From: an uncultured Acidobacteriota bacterium
GTDB taxonomy: Bacteria > Acidobacteriota > Thermoanaerobaculia > Multivoradales > UBA5704
Direction: 5' to 3'
Assembly (NCBI GenBank): GCA_963770895.1
Contig: CAVYRF010000001.1
Span: 1,600,001 to 1,664,000, forward strand
Length of the DNA stretch: 64,000 nt
Of this stretch, positions 58,810 to 64,000 are shown piece by piece (positions within the stretch are counted from its first letter, which is position 1; every line of letters begins with the position of its first letter). The position numbers were made by a program, and so were the translations under genes. The notes below the pieces were generated by a model that saw nothing but the letters and a program-made list of their open reading frames with translations, ran no database searches and was not told the DNA's origin.

Positions 58810-60819
58810 ATGCCCGCGAACAAGACGTTGGCCGGCGGCTGCCTCTTCATCCTCGTCCTGTTCGCCGGCCAGCCCGCGCTGGCGGCTGACGAGGGCTTTG
58901 CCTCCGGACTCAAGTGGGGTCTGGAAAAGACCGTCGGCAGGCTTACGGAAATTGGCTACAAGACCAACTGCAAGGCCAAGAACCTCGACTACAAATCGGA
59001 CGACAGCTGGTATTGCGGTGCCTTTGCGGCGCTCTCCGGGCAGGACAAAAAGGAGTGGGAGGAGCGGCTCGCTCACGACGTGGCGGCCATCCGCGACGGC
59101 ATCGCGCAGATCAAGAGCGGCATCGCGGCGATCCAGGACGGCCAGAAGACCCTCTACAACCAAAACCAGCAGATCCTGGTGCGGCTGGACGAGATCGGTC
59201 CCGAAACGGCGATCGGCAAATCCTTGTCGCGCATTCGCGTGCTGTTCAACGAGCAGTACACGCCGCTGTTCACCGGCCAGCGGCCCTTCGCGGGGCCGGC
59301 GCTGGTCGCCTTGGCGCGCCAGATCATCTTCGTCGACAAGATCGACCAGGAGCTGGGCATCATCGACGACCAGCTCACACACGCCGATTTTGGCAAGGAG
59401 ACGCTGCTGCGCTCCTACGCCCGGCGCATGAGCCTGAAGATGGCGGCCGCCGGAACCCGCAATCTCGATCCGGCGTACGACTACCTGGAATCGGTGACCG
59501 ACGACCTGCTGGCCGAGCAGCGCAAGGGATATGTGCTGTACACCTGGGCTGCGGTGACGCTGGAATCGGTCTGCAAGGTGGACAGCAAGCAGTGCAAGGA
59601 CGCGCAGAAATTGCCACATACCGCGGTGCAGTATCGCGACATCTTTGCCCAGCACGTCCGTGGCCAGGTGGCCGAGCTGAACGCCGCCCTCGAATGGTTG
59701 GTGCTGGCGCACAGCGATCCTCATAGCCGCCAGGCAAATTTCCTCCATCCCGATGCGGCGCGGCTCTTCCGCCGCAACGATCTGTTCAGCGCCGGCAACC
59801 TCGGCATCGGTTATGGCATCGTCGGCCGCGTCATCAGCATGGGGGAGCGGCAGGTTTTCGACGGCAAGCTCCAGGTCGCCGGGGCCCCCCAGGCGCCGGC
59901 CGGTGCGATCAACTCGGTTGCCACTTCGCCCGGTGCGCTCGACTGGTGGCGGGCAACCGGCGCCGCGGGCGTCTATGACGAGGTCCATTTCACCGACCGC
60001 TGGCAGATCTATCACTACCACCTGCCCGGCCAGGGCGCGGGCCGCTACAAGATCGACAGCGCCCTGCCCTACAAACCCTCCGACGTGGCGGTCGAAACCG
60101 TCACGCTCAATGCAACCACCAAGGTGCCCTTTGGCAGCTTCGTGGCGATCGCGCGCGCCGGCGGCGGTTACGCGCTGCTCAGCGGCTCGTGGGTGCGCAA
60201 GGAAACCAACGAGCAGACGGCGATCGGCGACCTGGAGGGCAGGGGCAGCAGCAGGTGGACCGACTTCGCCGCGCCGTACGCCGGCATCCTGTACGGCGGC
60301 CGTCTGTCGTGGGATACCTTCAAAGTTGGCAAGGACCAGCATGTCGAGGCGACCCAGGCGGCGTACGCCGTCAGCCAGAAGCAGATCCGTTTCGCCGACG
60401 GCGGCGGCGAGCTCACCCTGCATGCCGATTTCGGCGATCCGTACTCGATCCTCTGCCCGGGCGGCGCCTGCGCCGATTTCGATCACAACATGGTGCTCGC
60501 CCGCCTGTCCGACTTCAAGAAGGCAGGCTTCGGCGCGCGCGACGCGGAGATGGTGACCAGGACCGCGTTCCTCATCGATACCGACAGCAACGGATCGAAC
60601 GGCATCCAATGGCTTCGCAACAGCACTTTTTCCAGCGCGATCAACGAGCGCCTGCAAGCTGGCAAGGAGTCGGCAAAGATCCGTGTCACCGGCGGCACGC
60701 CCTACAACGTCATCCTGGGCGGCAGCGTCAAGATGAACGTGCAGACCTCCGGACCCGGCAATACCAGCTGGCTGGTCGTGGCGATCGCCAAGATCGATAA
60801 CGCCTACGTGACCCGGTGA
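58810..60819 (+). CDS. Secreted hypothetical protein (coiled-coil N-half, beta-rich C-half)
   Basis: AAGGAG RBS before ATG 58810, signal peptide ending ALA-A and coding-like codon bias. No family recognised. Confidence 0.8.
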   Translation: MPANKTLAGGCLFILVLFAGQPALAADEGFASGLKWGLEKTVGRLTEIGYKTNCKAKNLDYKSDDSWYCGAFAALSGQDKKEWEERLAHDVAAIRDGIAQIKSGIAAIQDGQKTLYNQNQQILVRLDEIGPETAIGKSLSRIRVLFNEQYTPLFTGQRPFAGPALVALARQIIFVDKIDQELGIIDDQLTHADFGKETLLRSYARRMSLKMAAAGTRNLDPAYDYLESVTDDLLAEQRKGYVLYTWAAVTLESVCKVDSKQCKDAQKLPHTAVQYRDIFAQHVRGQVAELNAALEWLVLAHSDPHSRQANFLHPDAARLFRRNDLFSAGNLGIGYGIVGRVISMGERQVFDGKLQVAGAPQAPAGAINSVATSPGALDWWRATGAAGVYDEVHFTDRWQIYHYHLPGQGAGRYKIDSALPYKPSDVAVETVTLNATTKVPFGSFVAIARAGGGYALLSGSWVRKETNEQTAIGDLEGRGSSRWTDFAAPYAGILYGGRLSWDTFKVGKDQHVEATQAAYAVSQKQIRFADGGGELTLHADFGDPYSILCPGGACADFDHNMVLARLSDFKKAGFGARDAEMVTRTAFLIDTDSNGSNGIQWLRNSTFSSAINERLQAGKESAKIRVTGGTPYNVILGGSVKMNVQTSGPGNTSWLVVAIAKIDNAYVTR

Positions 60820-61014
60820 GCCGCGCCCGGTCGTGCGGTGAGCCGGCGGTGCCTTCCCGCTGGTCGACCGGAGGGCGGCGCGGGCGCCGGGCCGGGCGCC
60901 GCCGGGAGTGCCGGGCGCCGGCTCGACCGCCGTAGGTGGGGGCTCCGCCCGCCGCCGCCTGCTCGACTACCGCAGCGCCTTCAGCTAAAGTCTGCCCTGC
61001 TTGGAGGTTGCAGC

Positions 61015-62205
61015 ATGGTGACTACAGTTGAAAGCAGTCTGGCGGAGGACGTTGCCGCCGTCGCCAGGATCGGCGCCGTGCCGATGATCCTCGACGTTGT
61101 CTGCCGCACCACCGGCATGGGTTTTTCCGCGGTGGCGCGCGTCACCGAGCAACACTGGGTGGCTTGCGCGGTGCGCGACGAAATCGCCTTCGGCCTGCAG
61201 CCGGGGGGCGAGCTCAAGGTCGAAACCACCATCTGCAACGAGATCCGCGCCACCGGCGAACTGGTGGCGATCGATCACGTGGCCGAGCACGAAACCTTCT
61301 ACCGCCACCCCACGCCGGCGATGTACGGTTTTCAGAGCTACATTTCAGTGCCCATCCTGCGCCCGGACGGGCGTTTCTTCGGCACTCTGTGCGCCATCGA
61401 CCCCAAGCCGGCGCGCCTGAACAATCCAGCCACGATCGGCATGTTCAAGCTGTTCGCCGACCTGATCGCGTTTCACCTGGACGCGCAGGACCGCCTGGCG
61501 GCGAGCGAATCGGCGCTGCACGACGAACTGCAGACCGCCGAGCTGCGCGAGCAGTTCATCGCCATCCTGGGGCACGATCTGCGCAACCCGCTGGCGGCGA
61601 TCGATGCCAGCGCCGCGGTGCTGATGGTCCTGCCGCTGGATCAGAAAGCCCTGCAGGTTGCGGCGCGGATCAAGCGCAGCGCCGGCCGCATGGCCGGCCT
61701 GATCGCCAACCTGGTCGACTTTGCGCGCGGCCGGCTGGGTGGCGGCCTGCCCCTGACGCGTACCCTCGCCACCGACCTGGCGGGCGTGCTGGAGCAGGTC
61801 GTCGCCGAGCTCCAGAGCACGTCGCCCGACCGCACGATCATCGCCAACTTCAGCCTGGGGCACCCGGTCTATTGCGACAGTGCACGCCTGGCGCAGCTGC
61901 TGTCGAACCTGCTTGCCAACGCCCTCTCCCACGGCGCGCCCGACCAGCCGGTGCGGGTGGAAGCCCACAGCGATCAGGAGGTTTTCCAGCTGTCCGTCGC
62001 CAATTCCGGCCAGCCCCTCCCGGAAAGCACCCTGGCCCACCTGTTCAAGCCGTTCGTGCGTGCCGGCGACCGCTCCAACCAGGGGCTTGGCCTGGGCCTC
62101 TACATCGCCTCGGAGATCGCCCGCGCCCACCAGGGCGAGCTGGACGTCACCTCCTCCGGCGATGAGACGCGTTTCACGTTCCGCATGCAGCAGCGCCGCG
62201 GCTGA
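61015..62205 (+). CDS. GAF-domain sensor histidine kinase
   Basis: GGAGG RBS. GAF (GTLCAIDP), H-box LGHDLRNPL, N-box NLLANAL, F-box LFKPF and G-box GLGLGL. Confidence 0.92.
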   Translation: MVTTVESSLAEDVAAVARIGAVPMILDVVCRTTGMGFSAVARVTEQHWVACAVRDEIAFGLQPGGELKVETTICNEIRATGELVAIDHVAEHETFYRHPTPAMYGFQSYISVPILRPDGRFFGTLCAIDPKPARLNNPATIGMFKLFADLIAFHLDAQDRLAASESALHDELQTAELREQFIAILGHDLRNPLAAIDASAAVLMVLPLDQKALQVAARIKRSAGRMAGLIANLVDFARGRLGGGLPLTRTLATDLAGVLEQVVAELQSTSPDRTIIANFSLGHPVYCDSARLAQLLSNLLANALSHGAPDQPVRVEAHSDQEVFQLSVANSGQPLPESTLAHLFKPFVRAGDRSNQGLGLGLYIASEIARAHQGELDVTSSGDETRFTFRMQQRRG

Positions 62206-62270
62206 GCCGCCGCGCGCCACCCGGCGCGCAGCGGCCCCCGGCATGCCTCGCGCGCGCCGCTTGAGACGAG

Positions 62271-64000
62271 TTAGGTCTGCGGCGACGCCGGGGCGGCGGG
62301 AATCCCTTTGCTGCCGTGATCAACCTGCTTGTGCAGATCGGCTCTGACCTGCCAGTCACCGAGCGCGACGAATGCTGCCCAGTATGCCGGCGAGCTCCAT
62401 TCTGTCTCGTCGCGCAGCTCGCGCTGCGCATGGCGCAATGCGTCGGCAGCACGCCGGCCGTGCAGCAACAGGTGAGTGTAGAAGCGGCTCATCAGCTCGG
62501 CTGTGGCCCGGTCGTCGACCTCCCACAGACTCACCACAAGCTGGCTGGCGCCGGCGACGAAGAAGCCGTCGACAAGGCCGACCACCCCTTCACCGCGGAT
62601 CTGTTGGCCCAAAGCCGTTTGGCAGGCTGAAAGGACCACGAGATCGGCAGACAGCCGAAGGCCATAGAGGTCGCGGGAGCGCAGCAGACCGTCACGCGGC
62701 CGGCCGTCGGCCCGATAGAGGGAGAGGAGGAGGCCGGCAAGAGCCGGATCGTCGGCGTCCACCAGGGCATGAGAGGCGAAGTGCAGCAGGTGAAAACCAT
62801 CCAGGCTGCCGCCGGTCACCAGCTCGCGGGTGGCAGCGAAGCCGCTGACGACGGGCACCCCGGGCCGGCCTGCGATGTGGCTGGCAATCGCGGCAATCCG
62901 TCGAGCTTCATCGGCCGCACCGAGGAGGCGGCCAAAGTGCCCGCCGAGGGCTTGCCGGGTCCGTGCGAGAGCTCGGGCCGGATTGCCCAGGGCCTGACCG
63001 TTGGCCTTCGGCCCAGTGCCGAAGCGCGGGTCATCGGTCTCGAACACCGGGTCGGCCACAATTGCCAGCGGCCGCAGCGCCGGGCGCCGGGAGCGCCGAC
63101 GCTGGCGCAACTCGACCAGTGCCGAGGCGGACGGCAGGTGGACGACCTCGTGATCGTCCCCGAGGGCGCGGACAGCGCCAGCTTTTCCAGGCGACAGATA
63201 CAGCGCCGCGAATGGGATGAGATGCAGAGCGCCGTCAGGAATGATGGCAAGCCGAGCCTTCAGGGGAGAGCGAGCCAGAGGAACGAGCACCAGCTCTGAG
63301 AGGTACCGGCAAGCGGAGCGGGCGGCGCTGCGGAAACCGATTCTGTCGCTGAGCGGAAAGAGCCGATGTGCGCTCTGGGCAGCGGCTTCGATCTGAGGTC
63401 CGGCGACCAAGGGAAGAACGTCCACCCCTTGCGCGTCGATTCGCCACAGCCAGCTGCGCTTGGTGCCGAGGGAATAGGCAAGCAGCGTCGTCTTGCTGTC
63501 AAGCTGGGCGAGGATGGCGGCGAGCGTCGCCGGTTGGGCCAGCACCGGCTGAAGCCCGGCATTGCTCGCGTCAGATTCCTGCAGGAGCTCGAACTCGAAC
63601 CGCAGTCGGCGCAGGGTGGCCAGGCGCTGGAGGGCAGGCTCGGAAACTGGTCCCTGAGGTTCCTGGCGGAGGCTCAGATGGTAAATGGAAGAGTTTGTCC
63701 CCGCGGACCTTCCGGTTGTGGCCAAGGCCGCGGATTCGAGTTGCTCGATTTGCCGGCGCAGGAGCAGGCGGCGGGCCTCATCGGCTTGAGCCGGGAGGCC
63801 TGCTGAAGGTGCAGGCGCTGCCAGTAGATCGAGCAGAGACCGAGCACGGGCGCGCTCCGAGACCGCGAAGGCGCGCGCCGCCCAGAGCTGGTGATCGCCT
63901 CGGTTTGGCGCCTCCAGGGCGGCTTCCGCCATCAGGTCCACCAGCTCCCGGTACACGTCCTGCCATCCGCCGAGATAGGTGCCGCGAAGGGATGCCAGAT
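62271..64000 (-). CDS. CHAT-domain protease, partial (starts beyond right edge)
   Basis: ERARARSLLD, IIPDGALH, LLHFASH, VVLSACQT, SLWEVDD and YWAAFVALGD. The frame stays open to the window end. Confidence 0.9.
   Translation of the reverse strand, partial: LASLRGTYLGGWQDVYRELVDLMAEAALEAPNRGDHQLWAARAFAVSERARARSLLDLLAAPAPSAGLPAQADEARRLLLRRQIEQLESAALATTGRSAGTNSSIYHLSLRQEPQGPVSEPALQRLATLRRLRFEFELLQESDASNAGLQPVLAQPATLAAILAQLDSKTTLLAYSLGTKRSWLWRIDAQGVDVLPLVAGPQIEAAAQSAHRLFPLSDRIGFRSAARSACRYLSELVLVPLARSPLKARLAIIPDGALHLIPFAALYLSPGKAGAVRALGDDHEVVHLPSASALVELRQRRRSRRPALRPLAIVADPVFETDDPRFGTGPKANGQALGNPARALARTRQALGGHFGRLLGAADEARRIAAIASHIAGRPGVPVVSGFAATRELVTGGSLDGFHLLHFASHALVDADDPALAGLLLSLYRADGRPRDGLLRSRDLYGLRLSADLVVLSACQTALGQQIRGEGVVGLVDGFFVAGASQLVVSLWEVDDRATAELMSRFYTHLLLHGRRAADALRHAQRELRDETEWSSPAYWAAFVALGDWQVRADLHKQVDHGSKGIPAAPASPQT

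Overview
This is a very GC-rich bacterial window. The gene mix (NRPS/PKS, CHAT proteases, ECF sigma, Ser/Thr kinase-TPR) resembles Acidobacteriota or Myxococcota, but that is inference only. Positions 1-31.7 kb are one translationally coupled minus-strand hybrid PKS/NRPS operon that runs off the left edge. Its order is PKS (KS-AT-ACP-TE) > GT4 glycosyltransferase > NRPS (C-A[Asn]-T-C-A[?]-T-C-A[Tyr]-T-C) > TauD/SyrP-like hydroxylase > NRPS (I-A[Asp]-T-E-C-TauD) > NRPS (I-A[Asn]-T-E-C) > NRPS (I-A[Asn]...). Three consecutive modules begin with a non-catalytic interface (LPxxxxD) C-like domain, and the upstream beta-hydroxylase is split, fused or absent in turn. A divergent ABC exporter follows, then an SAH riboswitch with ahcY. 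Next is a minus-strand locus: ECF sigma, zinc-finger anti-sigma, two unannotated small ORFs, an exported membrane-anchored CHAT protease and an ArnT-like glycosyltransferase. The right third holds Ppx/GppA, a WxxGxW-repeat protein, a kinase-TPR protein, a secreted Ig-like di-heme protein and an M64 peptidase. It continues with an amino-acid oxidase/keto-acid decarboxylase operon, a DUF6600-like Pro/Gln-rich protein, a Uma2 nuclease, a small 8-Cys secreted peptide, an unknown secreted protein, a GAF histidine kinase and a second (partial) CHAT protein. All domain and substrate calls come from motifs read by eye. No searches were run.
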